From Mobula hypostoma (taxonomy: Eukaryota), in assembly GCF_963921235.1 (NCBI RefSeq), contig NC_086097.1, forward strand, positions 6,820,001 to 6,884,000: 64,000 bases of DNA, in the 5' to 3' direction. The notes under the pieces were generated by a model that saw only the letters and a list, made by a program, of their open reading frames with translations, searched no databases and had not been told where the DNA came from. The position numbers and the translations under genes were made by a program. Positions 1 to 13,264 of the stretch are shown here, piece after piece; positions within the stretch are counted from its first letter, which is position 1, and each line of letters opens with the position of its first letter.

Positions 1-605
1 GGAGGCATGACAGAAGCTATATCTCTTTAGGAGATTGAGGAGACCTGGTAGGTCACCAAAGAAACTCACAAATTACTACAGATGTACTGTGGAGAGCATT
101 TTAACTGGCTACATCACCTGGTATTTTGGGGGCGCTGGGGGGGGGGGGTGCGGTGAGGTCGGTGCTACTGCACAGGATTGTAGTAAGCGGCAGGGAGTTG
201 TAAACTTAGTCAGCTCCATCATGGGCACTAGCCCCCATAGTATCCAAAACATCTTCAAGGAACAATGCCTCAAAAAGGCATCATCAGTCGTTAAGTATCC
301 CCATCACCCAGGACATGCCTTGTTCTCATTGCTACCAACAGGAAGGAGGTACAGAAGCCTGAAGAATTCGGGAACTGCTTCTTCCCCTCTGCCATCCAAT
401 TTCTGAATGGATATTGAACCCATAAACACTACCTCACTACTTTTTCATTTCTATTTTTGCATTACTGATTTAATTTAACTATTTTATTTATACTTACTGT
501 AATTCAGGTTTTTCTATTATTATGTGTTGCAATGTACGGCTGCTGCAAAGACAACAAATTTTATGACATACACCAGTGATATTAAACCTGAGTCTGATTC
601 TGACC
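1..605 (+). mobile_element. Rex1/Babar-type LINE 3' fragment (degenerate)
   Basis: ORF 35-406 has the C-terminal motif NYYRCTVESILTG...HHPGHALFSLLPTGRRYRSLK, followed by a 3'UTR ending in an ATTCTG-like tail at ~590-603. Confidence 0.8.
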
Positions 606-959
606 TAACACCGAGTCCAACAATTTGAAATCATTTTTAGCAGATCTCCACAATTCACTGCATTCTCTTGCAGTGGGTTTGAACAAAATATTCTGCTTCT
701 CCCTTTTATTTCACTGTTGTGTCACCTTGTACATGTTATAGAGTCATAGAAAACCACAGCACAGAAACAGGCCCTTCAACCCATCTAGTCCATGCTGAAC
801 CATTTAGGTCCTTAGTCATTTAATTTCTACAGCCTATCAGTGCATTCTGTTTTGTTCTCAAAGTTCAACGTTCAAAGTAAATTTATTATCGAAGTACATA
901 TGTGTCACCATATACCACCCTGAGATTCATTTACTTGTGGACATTCACAGTAAATCCAT

Positions 960-3930
960 TAAGACCATAAGACAAAGGAGCAGAAGTCAACCATTCGGCC
1001 CATCGAGTCTACTCCGCAATTTAATCATGTGCTGATCCATTCTCATATTTAGTCCCACTCCGCTGCCTTCTCACCATAACCTTTGGCTACTCAGATACCT
1101 ATCAATCTCTGCCTTAAATACATCCAATGACTTGGCCTCCACTGCTGCCCATGGCAACAAATTCCATAGATTCACCACCCTCTGACTAAAAAAATTCCTT
1201 CGCATTTCTGTGCTGAATGGGTGCCTTTCAATCCCTAACTCATGCCCTCTTGTACTAGACTCCCCCATCATGGGAAACAACTTTGCCACATCCACTCTGT
1301 CCATGCCTTTCAATATTCAAAATGTTTCTATGAGGTCTCCCCTCATTCTTCTAAACTCCAAAGAATACAGTCCAAGAGCGGACAAACGTACCTCATATGT
1401 TAACCCTCTCATTCCCGAAATCATTCTCATGAATCTTCTCTGTACCCTCTCCAACGTCAGCACATCCTTTCTTAAATAAGGAGACCAACACTGCCCACAG
1501 TTCTCCAAGTGAGGTCTCACCAGTGCCTTATAGAGCCTTAACATCACATCCTTGCTCCTATACTCTATTCTTCTAGAAATGAATGCCAACATTGCATTCG
1601 CCTTCTTCACCACCCACTCAACCTGGAGGTTAACCTTAAGGGTATCCTGTACGAGGACTCCCAAGTCCCGTTGCATCTCAGAACTTTGAATTCTTTCCCC
1701 ATTTAAATAATAGTCTGCCTGTTTCTTTCTTCTGCCAAAGTGCATAACCATACACTTTCCAACATTGTATTTCATTTGCCACTTCTTTGCCCATTCTTCC
1801 AATCTAGCCAAGTCTCTCTGCAGACTCTCCGTTTCCTCAGCACTACCGGCCCCTCCACCTATCTTCGTATCATCAGCAAACTTAGCCACAAAGCCATCTA
1901 TTCCATAATCCAAATCGTTGATGTACAATGTAAAAAGAAGCGGCCCCATCACTGATCCCTGTGAAACACCACTGGTAACCGGCAGCCAACCAGAATATTC
2001 CCACTCTCTGTTTCCTGCCAATCAGCCAACGCTCTATCCACGTATGTAACTTCACTGTAATTCCATGAACTCTCATCTTGTTAAGTAGCCTCATGTGTGG
2101 CACCTTGTCAAAGGCCTTCTGAAAATCCAAATATATAACATCCACTGCATCTCCCTTGTCTAGCCTACTTGTAATTTCCTCAAAAAATTGTAATAGGTTT
2201 GTCAGGCAGGATTTTCCTTTAAGGAATCCATGCTGAGTTCTGCCTATCTTGTCATATGCCTCCAGATACTCTGTAACCTCGTCCTTGACAATCGACTCCA
2301 ACGACTTCCCAACCACCGATGTCAAGCTTACAGGTCTATAATTTCCTTTTTGCTTCCTTGCCCCCTTCCTAAATAGTGGAGTGACATTTACAATCTTCCA
2401 GTCTTCCGGAACCATGCCAGAATCTATCAACTTTTGAAAGATCATCACTAATGCCTCCGCAATCTCCACAGCTACTTCCTTCAGAACACACTGGTGCATT
2501 CTATCTGGTCCGGAAGATTTATCTACTTTTAAACTATTCAGCTTCCTGAGTATTTTCTCTGCCGTAATTGTGACTGCGTACACTTCTCTTCCCTGCCACC
2601 CTTGAGTGTCCGGTATACTGCTGATGTCTTCCTCAGTGAAGATTGATGCAAAATACTCATTCAGTTCCTCCGCCATCTCCTTATCTCCCATTACAATTTC
2701 TCCAGCATCATTTTCTATCGGTCCTATATCTACTCTCACCTGTCTTTTACTCTTTATATACTTGAAAAAGCTTTTAGTATCCTCCTTGATATTATTTGCT
2801 AGTTTCCTTTCATAGTTAATCTTTTCTCTCTTAATGACCTTCTTAGTTTCCTTTTGTAAGCTTTTAAAAACTTCCCAGTCCTCTGTCTTCCCACTAATTT
2901 TTGCTTCCTTGTATGCACTCTCCTTTGCTTTAACTTTGGCTTTGACTTCTCTTGTCAACCACGGTTGCATCCTTTTTCCATTCAAAAATTTCTTTTTTTT
3001 TGGAGTACAGTATACCTGTCTTGCACCTTCCTCACTTCTCGCATAAACTCCAGTCACTGCTGCTCTGCTGTCTTTCCTGCCAGTGTCCCTTTCCAGTCAA
3101 TTTTGGCCAGTTCCTCTCTCATGCCACTGTAATTTCCTTTACTCCACTGAAATACTGACACATCAGATTTCGGCCTCTCTTTCTCAAATTTCACGGAGAA
3201 CTCAATTATGTTATGATCACTGCCTCCTATGGGTTCCTTCACCTCAATCTCTCTAATCACCTCTGGTTCATTACACAATATCCAATCCAGTACAGCTGCT
3301 CCCTTAGTGGGCTCAACAACAAGCTGTTCTAAAAAGCCATCTCGCAGACATTCTACAAATTCTCTCTCTTGAGATCCAGTGCTGACCTAATTTTCCCAAT
3401 CCACTGGCATGTTAAAATCCCCCACAATTATCATAACACTGCCCTTCTGACAAGCCTTTTCTATTTCCAGTTGTAATTTGTAGTCCACATCACTGCAGCT
3501 GTTTGGAGGCCTATAAATAACTGCCATCAGGGTCCTTCTACCCCTGCGATTTCTTAGTTCAACGCATAAAGATTCTGCACCTTCTGATCCTCTTTCTAAT
3601 GATCTAATATCATTTCTTACCAATAAAGCCACACCTCCCCCTCTGCCTACCTTCCTATCCTTCCGATACACCGTGTATCCTTGGACGTTCAGCTCCCAGA
3701 GACATGCATCCTTTAGCCATGTCTCAGTGATGGCCACAATATCATACCTGCCAATCTGTAGCTGTACGACAAGATCATCCACTTTATTCTTTATGCTGCG
3801 TGCATTTAAGTACAACAGCTTAAGACCAGTATTAGGTACTTTTCGCTTTGATTTCACTGCAACTCATCCCAATGGCTACAAGTTTGCCCCATCACCTGCC
3901 TGTCTTTCCTGACATCTTTACTGCTCTGCT
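960..3930 (-). mobile_element. CR1 LINE, near-complete ORF2 (APE endonuclease + RT), frameshifted, inserted in a Rex-type 3' tail
   Basis: ORF 3387-3857 has LNARSI, ITETWL and GDFN (APE). ORFs 3054-3278 and 1882-3057 include NYRPVSLTS, QHGF and YLDFQKAFDKVPH. ORF 1317-2021 has QGSV and FADDTK; ORF 1071-1313 has FFSQRVVNLWN. A GGTCTTAT-like tail lies at ~960-975. Rex tail sequence flanks it at 865-960 and 3945-4030. Confidence 0.95.
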
Positions 3931-4339
3931 TTACAGCTTTACTGCAAAGAACAGAACAAAGGTGGACAAACAACCAATGTGCAAAAGACAACAAATGGTG
4001 TGAATACAAGAGAAGTAATAATAATAATAATTTTAAAAAATGGAACCCTTCACAAATTAGTGTGCCATGCATCCATTTTTTTGATGATGTTCTGCTGGCT
4101 CATTAACAAAAACAATTTTTCTCTTCATAGATACGGTCTCACTTCCAGAATATTTTCAGTGTATTCTGAAGATCATCTATTCTTTATTACAATAGGATGA
4201 CATTTCTCTTAGCTCTGCAGTTCATGCACAGTCTGACAGAATTGAAATCTGATCTTAATGCTTGCATGTCAGAGTGATCCGTCACTAGCAGGTATGGACT
4301 GTCATTCCCAACGTGTGGAGAACAGTTTCAGCAGCACAC

Positions 4340-4680
4340 AGCAAACTTCTCCTTCACCCTGTCCCTCCACTTCTTTAATCTCTCTGACTTCTTACCTCTT
4401 CTCTTCACCTAGTCATTACTTCCTCCTACCCTTTCTCCCATGGTCCACTCTCCTCTTCTATCAGATTCCTTCTTCTTCAGCTTCCCCTTCCCACTTGGCT
4501 TTACCTTTCATTTTCCAGCTAGTCCTCCTTCCACTCTCCCCTCCTTATTTTATTCTGGAGTCTTCTCCCTTCCTTTCCAGTCTTGAAACAGTTTATTCCT
4601 CTCCATAGATGCTGCCTGACCTGCTGAATTCCTCCAGCATTTTGTGTCTGTTGCTCTGAATTTCTAGCATCCGATGAACT
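4340..4680 (+). mobile_element. Penelope-like element 3' terminus remnant
   Basis: Pyrimidine-rich pLTR followed by atagatgctgcctgacctgctgaattcctccagcattttgtg and the tail; it matches the PLE ends at 54034 and 59680. Confidence 0.7.
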
Positions 4681-4774
4681 CTTGCATTGAAGAGGTGCTG
4701 CAATAACTTGAGGCATTGCCTTCAATGTAGAAATCATTTAGTTTTAGGAGATCTGTCACTGGAGTAGGTGTTGC

Positions 4775-5010
4775 ATTTATTTATTTGTTTTAGAGATACA
4801 GCATAGTAACAGGCCCTTCTGGTCCGATGAGCCCTCTCCACCCAATTACAGCTATGTAACCGAACAAATGCATCATTGGAATGTGGGAAGAGACTTCCAG
4901 TGGACATCCCAGTGGAGATCCATGTGATTATGTGGAGAACTTGCAGAGAGCTGTGGATTTGACTCTGGTCACTGGAGCTGTCAGAGCATTGTGCTAACTG
5001 TTGTGCCACC
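4775..5010 (-). mobile_element. tRNA-derived V-SINE-like element
   Basis: The minus-strand head is gtggcacaacagttagcacaatgct and the 3' end is gggcctgttactatgctgtatctctaaa-(taaa)n, shared with many copies in the window. Confidence 0.65.
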
Positions 5011-5239
5011 CAGCAGTATTTAATCTGTACTGAGCTGTGTCATCTCATCTGTAATCAGTACAGTTAATGTGTACTAAACTGTGGTGTTGTGTTCTGTTCA
5101 CATGAACACACTGGTTAGGAGGAGGGATGAGCCATTTGACACCTGGAGTTTTCTGGTTAATCTGGCTATAACCACAATTCATTATTCCTATCTACCCATT
5201 TCGCTCCATCATTTCCCAGTGTCTTTTTATAATAATCAT

Positions 5240-5650
5240 TATTTTTGTTATTATATTATGACCAGTCCATTATTACAGCTGGACAATCCATAATAACCAA
5301 TCGGATATAATATTACAGGATAAACAAGCAGGAACAGCTTACTTTATAGATATAGCCATTCCAAACACAGATAGCATAAAGAAGTCAATAAGTGAAGAAA
5401 CATCAGAAGCATGCTGAATTAAAAGAGGAAATTGAAAGACTATGGTACATGAACAGGATATTGTAATATCTACGACTGTTACCATTCAAAAGTCACTACA
5501 AATTGGCCTACACAGCAGTATTTATGTAAATCTCCAAAAAGCCACCGCTAGAATAGTCTGAAAGTTCCTAGTAATTGAGACCTGATGTGCTAGGCTATGC
5601 CCATACCTCAGGTTTTACCAGCTTGAGCTGAGAAAAAAATATAATAATAA
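5240..5650 (+). mobile_element. R4/Dong-type (restriction-like endonuclease) non-LTR element 3' remnant
   Basis: Manual translation with frameshifts gives ...IHNNQSDIILQDKQAGTAYFIDIAIPNT...KHAELKEEIERLW, a degenerate RPD..LIDIAIP..K..KY..L RLE motif. It ends in A-rich/(TAA)n sequence. Confidence 0.7.
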
Positions 5651-5849
5651 CTTATTTCTAGAGCATTTTCCATATAAATGATGCAACTTGAAGTGTTCAC
5701 AGTGGGATAAAGTGTAAACATGAAAATAAAAGACAAAAAAATGTTCATAAAAAACAAGTTTAAATTAATAGGTTTGACCTGGCACAGGAATATAGGTATT
5801 TATGCTTGCTTTAAAAATATTCAAAAGCTCTGCTTCCACTATCTTTGAG

Positions 5850-6735
5850 GAAGCACATTCCAAATACAGATAATCCTCTGTGAGAAAAAAAGTCTCATTG
5901 CTGTCTTAACTGGCCAAAAGTATATGTTGAAATTGTGAGCCCTGGTTCAAGATTCTCTATTAAGAGGAATTATCCTCTCAACATTCACTCCGTCAAGACT
6001 CCTCACTGCCTTATATCCTTCAGTGAGATCACTCTTCAAAGCTTCAGTGGATATAACCATAGCCAACTCAACGTTTCCACATAAGCCAATGAGTCCATTC
6101 CAGGAATTATTCTAATAAAGACACACGAGACTACAGATGCTGGAACCTGGAGCAACAAATGATTAACAGGAGGAAATCTAGTCTGATAAATTAGTCTAAT
6201 AAATCTTCTCTAAGCCTCTTCCAATATGTTAACATCCCTCCTTAAGAAAGGTCACAGCAGACAGCACTTTTGGTGTTGTATAAATGATACATAACCTGGC
6301 TACTTTTGAATTTGTTTCCTTCACTGTAAATGTTAACAATTTGTTAGCCTTCCTAGTTATTTCATATTTGTTTTTCTTCACAAATTATGCACTAGAACAC
6401 CCAGATCAGTCTTCATCTACAACCTCTCACCACTTAGGTAAAACACTTATTTTTTTCCCCACCAAAATAAACAATTTATAATTATGTTCCAATTATGCCT
6501 GATCTTTTTCCACACTTAATCTACAGTATCTCTATCCTTTAGCCCTTTACACCATTTACTCTTTTCTACCTACCTGTGTGTCATCAACAAATGAAGGAGC
6601 CATACATTTAGCTTTTTCATCTAAATTATTTATGTATGCATATGGTAAAGATTTGAGATTGCAGCACTGATCACTGCAGCATTTTACTTGCCATCCAGAA
6701 AAAATGAAATGTACTTACACCAACTCTGTTATCAA
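5850..6735 (-). mobile_element. Old, highly diverged CR1 fragment
   Basis: Residual similarity to the reverse complement of the CR1 RT C-terminal region (e.g. tcatcaacaaat, tcactcttc, ccattccaggaattattct). Confidence 0.55.
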
Positions 6736-6739
6736 TATC

Positions 6740-7040
6740 AACATACACAATATGCTGAAAGAACACAGCAGATCAAACAGCATCTATTGAAGTGAAAATG
6801 CAGTCGACTTTTCTGGCCAAGATCCTTCATCAGGACTGTAAAGGAAGGGGGAAAATACCGGAATTAAAAGGTGAGGGGAGGGGAAGGGGGATAGCTGGAA
6901 TGTGACAGGTGAAGCCAGGTTAGTGGGAAAGGTCAAGGGCTGGAGAGGAAGGAATCTGACAGGAGAGGAGAGTAGACCAATAGGAGAAAGAGAAGGAGAA
7001 GGGAACTGGGGGGAAGTGAAAGGAGAGGTGAAAGGCCTAT
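6740..7040 (-). mobile_element. PLE terminus remnant with degenerate hammerhead motif
   Basis: The reverse complement of 6801-6838 is cagtcCTGATGAaggatcttggccaGAAAagtcgactg, followed by a purine-rich pLTR. Confidence 0.7.
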
Positions 7041-7104
7041 CAGTATGTTACCTTCTATCCATGCCAATACTATGAACGTTTATTTTCTTTGTAATCTCTG
7101 ATCA

Positions 7105-7600
7105 TGTTCAAGTACAGTTCATTGTCATTCAACCGTACACATTGTACCGCCAACCAAAACAAAATACAAAAATGTTCCTCTGGACCAAGGTGCACAACGT
7201 AGTACATATAACTCACACACACAAAACATAAAGTAATATTGACACAGAAAAACTAACAAATAAAAAGATCTATTTAGGACACAAGTAAAAATGCAGACAG
7301 TATGCTTTGTACTGTATCTGACGAGACCTGGGTGGTGACAGGGAGGTCAGTAGTCTCACAGGCAGTGGGAAGAAGCTGTGTCCCATTCTCCTAATGCCAT
7401 GATACCTCCTGCTTGATGGTAGGGGGTCAAAGAGATTGTTGGACAGATGGGAGGGATCAGTGACAATTCTTAAGGCTGGCTCCTGATAAATATCTGTGAT
7501 GGGTGGAAGAGAGATCCCAATGGTTCTCTCAGCAGTCCTTGCATGTTTGTAGAGACTTGCAGTCAGATGCATTGCAATTCCCATATCAGCTGGTCAGTAG
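7105..7600 (-). mobile_element. Rex-type LINE 3' fragment
   Basis: ORF 7270-7584 has TAERTIG..LP.I.DIY...DPSH.S..LFDPLPS.RRY. Confidence 0.7.
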
Positions 7601-8114
7601 TCACTTGATGTAAAATGGCTTTTTAATGAGAGACACAGCATGGTAACAGGCCCTTCCGGCTCCATGAGCTATGCCTTCAACTACACCCATGTGCTCAATT
7701 AACCTGTGAACGCATATGTCTATGAGCAGCACTGAACTTGCTGTTAGGTGTTGCCTGAGTGAGGTTGAGTGAAGTTATCCCATCTAGTTCAAGAGCCTGA
7801 TGATTGTGTCTTATAAATGGAGGCATCAAATTTATTTTAAAAAGGCCAAGTTTTGAAACATAAGGAGCATTCTGAGGGTCAAGACCTTGGAGAGAGTGCA
7901 GAGGAGACTTGCCAGAATTATTGCAGAGAAAAGGTACTTTAGGTTTTCTGAGAGACAAGAAAGAACAAAACAGACTAGAGTAAGGGGAGACTTAGTACTG
8001 GTGACTTCCAAAAACTGAAGTCTTGTAAAAGAGCAAGAAGTTTACAGTTGGGTTCATCTCTCATTAAAATAAATCAAACTGGCTACCTTATCTTGGTATT
8101 TATGTCATTTTTAC

Positions 8115-8945
8115 GTTCATGTTCAAATTCCAGTTTATACCTGTGTATACTTCTAAATGAAACAATATTCCTCCAGACCAAAGTGCACAAAACAGTATGT
8201 ATATCACATGCAGCACATAAAATAATAATATTAACAAATAAATCTGTAGATGTACAAGTTGACATAAAGAGCATATATAACATATAACTAAACATAGAGC
8301 AGTATAATGCTACTGGCACTGTTATACTGTAAATACTGTGGACTGAGTGGCACCACAGCCTGGGAAGAGCTGTTACCCCAGCCTAACAGTCCTTTATCTT
8401 ATACCATGGTACCTTCTGCCTGATGGTAGGAGATCAAGGAGATTGTGGGGCGGATGGGCGGGGTCCTTGACAATGCTGAGGGCTCCGCAAATCCAGTGCT
8501 TCTGGTATATACCCTGGATGATGGGGAGAGGAGAGGGAGAGAGACCACAATGATTCCCTCAGCAGTCCTTGCACTACGCTGTAGGATCTTATGGTCAGAT
8601 GCCTTGTAATTTCCATACCAGATGGTGATACAGCTGGACAGGACACTGTCAACCGTGCTCTGATAGAGTAGGGTTTAAATAGGGGTGCAAAGCCTTGCTT
8701 ACCTCAATCTCCTCAGGAAGTGGAGACACTACAGTGCTTTTTTGACTAAAGAGATGGTATTGAGAGACATGGATGAGATACTCCGTGAGGTGTACTCCAA
8801 GAAACATGGTGCTCCTGTCTCTCCCAATGGAGAAGCTGTTGATATGCAGTAGGGAGTGGTCAGCCTACTGTACATACACCTTACTAAAGTCCACAATCTT
8901 CTTTTTAGTCTTGTCCAAGTTGTTGTTTTCACACAACTCCACAAA
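8115..8945 (-). mobile_element. Rex-type LINE 3' fragment
   Basis: Degenerate [14 protein letters not shown] and DPAHPPHNL.DLLPSGRRY segments, with a TTTGAA-type tail. Confidence 0.7.
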
Positions 8946-8954
8946 CCACTCTAC

Positions 8955-9935
8955 CTGAAAGCAGCATCCATCATCAAGGACCCCCACCATCCAAGCCATG
9001 TTATCAGGAAGGAAGTACAGGAGCCTCAGCACTGGTGAGACCTCACCTTGAGTATTGTGAACAATTTTGGGTTCCTCATCTAAGAAAAGATGTGCTGGCA
9101 CTGGAGAGGGTTCAAAGGAGGTTCACAAGGACAATTCTGGGAATGAAAGGGTTATCATCTGGGCCTGTACTCACTGGAATTCAAAAGGATGAGGGGGAAT
9201 CTCACTGAAACCTTCCGAATGTTGAAATGCCTAGACAGAGTAGATGTGGAAAGGATGTTTCCTGTAGTAGGGGAGTCTAGGACAAGAGGGCACAGACTCA
9301 GGATAGAAGGGTGTCCACTTAAAACAGTTGCGGAGAGATTTCTTTAGCCAGAGGGTAGTGAATTTGTGAAAATTATGACCACAGGCAGCTGTGGAAGCCA
9401 GGTTGTTGGGTGTATTTAAGGCAGAACTTGATAGGTTCTTGATTGGACACAGCATCAAAGGTTATGGAGAGAAGTCCGGAGAGTGGGGTTGAGGAGGGGA
9501 GAAAAAAGAATCAGGCATGATTGAATGGTGAATCAGACTCAATGGGCCCAAATGGTCAAGCTCTGTGATTATGGTCTTATAGTTGTACATCACCAGGTTC
9601 AGGAACTGTTATTAACCCTCAGCCATCAGGCTCTTGAACCAGAGGGGATATTTTCACTCAATTTCGCTCACCCAGTACTAAACTCTATCTATAACCTATG
9701 GACTCACTTTCAAGGTCTCTTCATCTCATGTATGTGTATTGTTTGTTTATTTATTGTTATTATTATTTTGTTTTTTTTCTTAGACAGTTTGATGCCTTTG
9801 CATATTGGTGTTGGACTGTCTTGTTGGCTATGGTCTTTCACTGATTCTATTATGTTTCTTGGATTTACTGTGAATGCCCAAAAGAAAATGAATCTCAGGG
9901 TTATATACTTTGATAATAAATTTGATTTGAACTTT
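8955..9935 (+). mobile_element. Rex-type 3' fragment split by a CR1 3' fragment (CR1 at ~9030-9580)
   Basis: [12 protein letters not shown] precedes the CR1 segment (LVRPHLEYC...FFSQRVVNL, ggtcttat tail). Rex resumes at caccaggttcaggaac and ends in a ttgaacttt tail. Confidence 0.75.
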
Positions 9936-10139
9936 GGTTCATCATTGTTGCTGATGAGGCCAACCATTTCTGTCAAGTTAAAAAGCAATTGTTGGCTGGC
10001 TCTCTTATAGGAGTCAAACTGGACACACTGGAAGCTGAGGTAGAACAAAGGACCCAGTGGAAAATCCTGGCAATTCTGGACAATGTTTCTCACTCTCTAC
10101 ATGCCACCTTGGCTGAAGTAATAGACTAAGACAACTGTG

Positions 10140-10370
10140 CTGTTTCAAAGAGCACTATATGAGGTCATTCTTACTCTCAGTCATTAGGCTCTATAATGAG
10201 TCAACCTATAGCCGGGGGAGTGATGGCCCCCTTCTGTTAGACAGTATGTGGTAACTTATTTTTTATTCTTTCTACTTCTCTTCTAATATTTATATCTGTG
10301 CACTTGCAATGCTACTATGACACTGTGTAATTTCCTTTGGGATCAATAAAGTATCTATTTATCTACCTAA
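10140..10370 (+). mobile_element. Rex1-type 3' tail
   Basis: Ends tttcctttgggatcaataaagtatctatttatct. Confidence 0.6.
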
Positions 10371-10374
10371 ACTC

Positions 10375-10700
10375 AGATGGCAGGGTGGAGATATGTCTCT
10401 ACCAAAGGGAATGTAAGGCGTTCCTTCTCTCTGCGATGTGTAGAACCTGCTTACCACCACCCCCCACCAATCAGGGTCATGTGAAGCCATGGTAGCAGGT
10501 GGTGGATGGTCTTATGAGCAGCTGGTACATATCACAGTGCTGGCTATGTGACCGTTGATGCCAGGCGGACAATCTCTGAGGAGTATTGATAATGGCTGGG
10601 GTCAACCAATTTGTAAAGATACCACCCAGAAGAAAGCAATGGCAAACCATTTCTGTAGAATTTGCCAAGAACTATCACGGTCATGTGACCATGATCATCC
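10375..10700 (+). mobile_element. RTE-derived non-autonomous element
   Basis: Contains the BovA/RTE-like motif gaagaaagcaatggcaaaccatttctgtagaatttgccaagaa. Confidence 0.55.
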
Positions 10701-11610
10701 TCATCATATGACATGGTACATAGCGATATTGATGATAGATTTACAAAACAGTTCAAAGGACCAAACAGGGAAAGACCACAACTTATGAGCAACAGTTACC
10801 TTGTGTCTGAAATATTTGTCTCTGTTCTTTCAATAGGATTAATTATTTTGCTGAAATAGCTCAGATAGAAACGTCAAACAGAAAACCCATTCATGTTTCA
10901 GTGGTGAGGCAATTTTTAGAACCACTGCCCTTGACTAATTCCTGAGAATTGTGTTAAAGTTCAAAATCATTTTTTTTCTCTCATCTACCACTTACAACAA
11001 AAACATTACATGACGTTGCAATCCAACTTAACAATTGAGGATAACATTCGGTGATGGCAAAACATCAAGGTGAGGGTAATATCTCAGAAATAATCCACAG
11101 TAAGTTAGAACTGCAAATCTTTCACAGCTTTGCTTACTGGAAAATATATTGAATCTGGATTTCAACAAAAGCTGTGTTTGAAACTTCTGGTACAGTTATT
11201 TCCTGTGGACATCATTCTCATTCAGTATCAAGTAAAAACTCACATGAAGAAATATTCACTGGAACACTGAGAAAATAATCAGAAAGGCATTTAGAAATTT
11301 TTATTTTGAGGCTGAACATTTTTGCAGGGATGTCCCTGTGGTGAATGACCTCAAATCAGTGAGATAATTGCAACGACTATGTCAGAGGTGATCAGCTTTC
11401 AGCAGCAGCGAACCCTGTCCTGTGATTCATTCGTGCCCTTCCTGGTCAGGTTTTGTCTGAGGCTTTAGCATTTTCTCAGTTAACCACATACAGCACTTCA
11501 CATCATTGTGAAAAAAAAATTCTTTTAAACTGACACAAAGAGACAAACTTAGAGGAATGATTACTGAATTTTGTACTTGATGCAGAGCAGCAAGCTTGTT
11601 TATTTGTTCG

Positions 11611-11737
11611 CCAACACAAGGAAATCTGCAGATGCCGGAAATTCAAGCTGACTAAGGGTCTCGGCCCGAAACGTCGACTGTACCTCTTCCTATAGATGCA
11701 GCCTGACCTGCATTCACCAGCATTTTTTGTGTGTGTT
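11611..11737 (+). mobile_element. Mini-PLE (inverted tail + hammerhead + pLTR end) with ~17-bp TSD
   Basis: Flanks are gcttgtttatttgttcg (11594-11610) and gcttatttatttgttcg (11738-11754). The core is ctgactaagggtctcggcccgaaacgtcgactg. Confidence 0.8.
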
Positions 11738-11764
11738 GCTTATTTATTTGTTCGTTTGTTTGTT

Positions 11765-11998
11765 TATTTATTTATTTAGCAATACAGAGTGGAATAGGCC
11801 CTTCCTGTCCTTCAAGCCACGCCGTCCAGCAACCTCTGACAAACCCAATTTTAGCCTAATATAATTACGGGACAATTTACAATGACAGCTTAACAATGAC
11901 AATGACAATCTACAATGATGGACAACTGGTACGTCTTTGGACTGTGGAGGAAACCAAAGCACCTGGACAAAACCCACATATTCTATGGGGAGAACGTT
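11765..11998 (-). mobile_element. V-SINE-like 3' part
   Basis: The reverse complement contains the V-domain motif gggttttgtccaggtgctttggtttcctccacagtccaaagacg. Confidence 0.7.
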
Positions 11999-12132
11999 CA
12001 AAATAAATTTTATTTTCAGAGTACATATATGTCACCATATACATCCCTGAGATTTATTTTCCATACTCAGCATATCTATTGAATAGTAACGATAACAGGA
12101 TCAATGAAAGAGCAATCAGAGTGCAGAAGACA

Positions 12133-13257
12133 TATAGGAGATTAGTGGACAAAATGAGAGCACACGGTATTGGGGGTAGGGTACCGACATGGATAGAAAA
12201 TTGGTTGGCAGACAGGAAGCAAAGAGTAGGGATTAACGGGTCCCTTTCAGAATGGCAGGCAGTGACTACTGGGGTACCACAAGGCTCGGTGCTGGGACTG
12301 CAGCTACTTACAATATATATTAATGATTTAGATGAAGGGATTAAAAGTAACATTAGCAAATTTGCAGATGATACAAAGCTAGGTGGCAGTGTGAAATGTG
12401 AGAAGGATGTTATGAGAATACAGGGTGACTTGGACAGGTTGGGTGAGTGGGCAGATGCAGTTTAATGTGAGGTTATCCACTTTGGTGGCAAGAACAAGAA
12501 GGCAGATTACTATCTGAATGGTGTCAAGTTAGGAAAAGGGGAAGTACAACGAGATCTAGGTGTCCTCGTTCATCAGTCACTGAAAGTAAGCATGCAAGTA
12601 CAGCAGGCAGTGAAGAAAGCTAATGGTATGTTGGTCTTCATAACAAGGGGAGTTGAGAATAGGAGCAAAGGGGTCCTTCTGCAGTTGTACAGGGCCCTGG
12701 TGAGATCACATTTAGAGTATTGTATGCAGTTTTAGTCTCCAAGTTTGAGGAAGGACATTCTTGCTATTGACGGAGAGCAGTGTAGGTTCACGAGGTTAAT
12801 TCCCAGGATGGCGGGTCTGTCGTATGTTGAAAGATTGGAGCGACCGGGCTTGTATGCACTGGAATTTAGAAGGATGAGAGGGGATCTGATTGAAACATAT
12901 AAGATTATTAAGGGATTGACAGGAAACATGTTCCTGATGTTTGGGGAGTCCAGAACCAGAGGTCACAGTTTAAGAATAAGGGGTAGGCCATTTAGAACGG
13001 AGTTGAGGAAAAACTTTTTCACCCAGAGAGTTGTGGATCTATGGAATGCTCTGCCTCAGAAGGCAGTGGAGGCTAATCCTCTGGATGCTTTCAAGAAAAA
13101 GTTAGAAAGAACTCTTAAAGATAACGGAGTCAAGGGATATGGGGAGAAGGCAGGAGCGGAGTATTGATTGTGGATGATCAGCCATGATCACAGTGAATGG
13201 TGGTGCTGGCTCGAAGGGCTGAATGGCCTACTCCTGCACCTATTGTCTATTGTCTAT
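12133..13257 (+). mobile_element. 5'-truncated CR1 inserted into a Rex fragment
   Basis: ORFs 12079-12465 (GVPQGSVLG, FADDTK) and 12745-13167; (CTATTGT)n tail; possible TSD aagaca at 12127-12132 and 13258-13263. Confidence 0.9.
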
Positions 13258-13264
13258 AAGACAA

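Noticed and set aside
35..406. Host gene call (ALKBH8-N/DUF1891-like peptide)
   Set aside because: The motif is the C-terminus of Rex-type RT ORFs and recurs many times here in degenerate form.
4205..4295. Acceptor/donor-like pair (ttctcttag...cag|gtatgg)
   Set aside because: Stop codons in all three frames.
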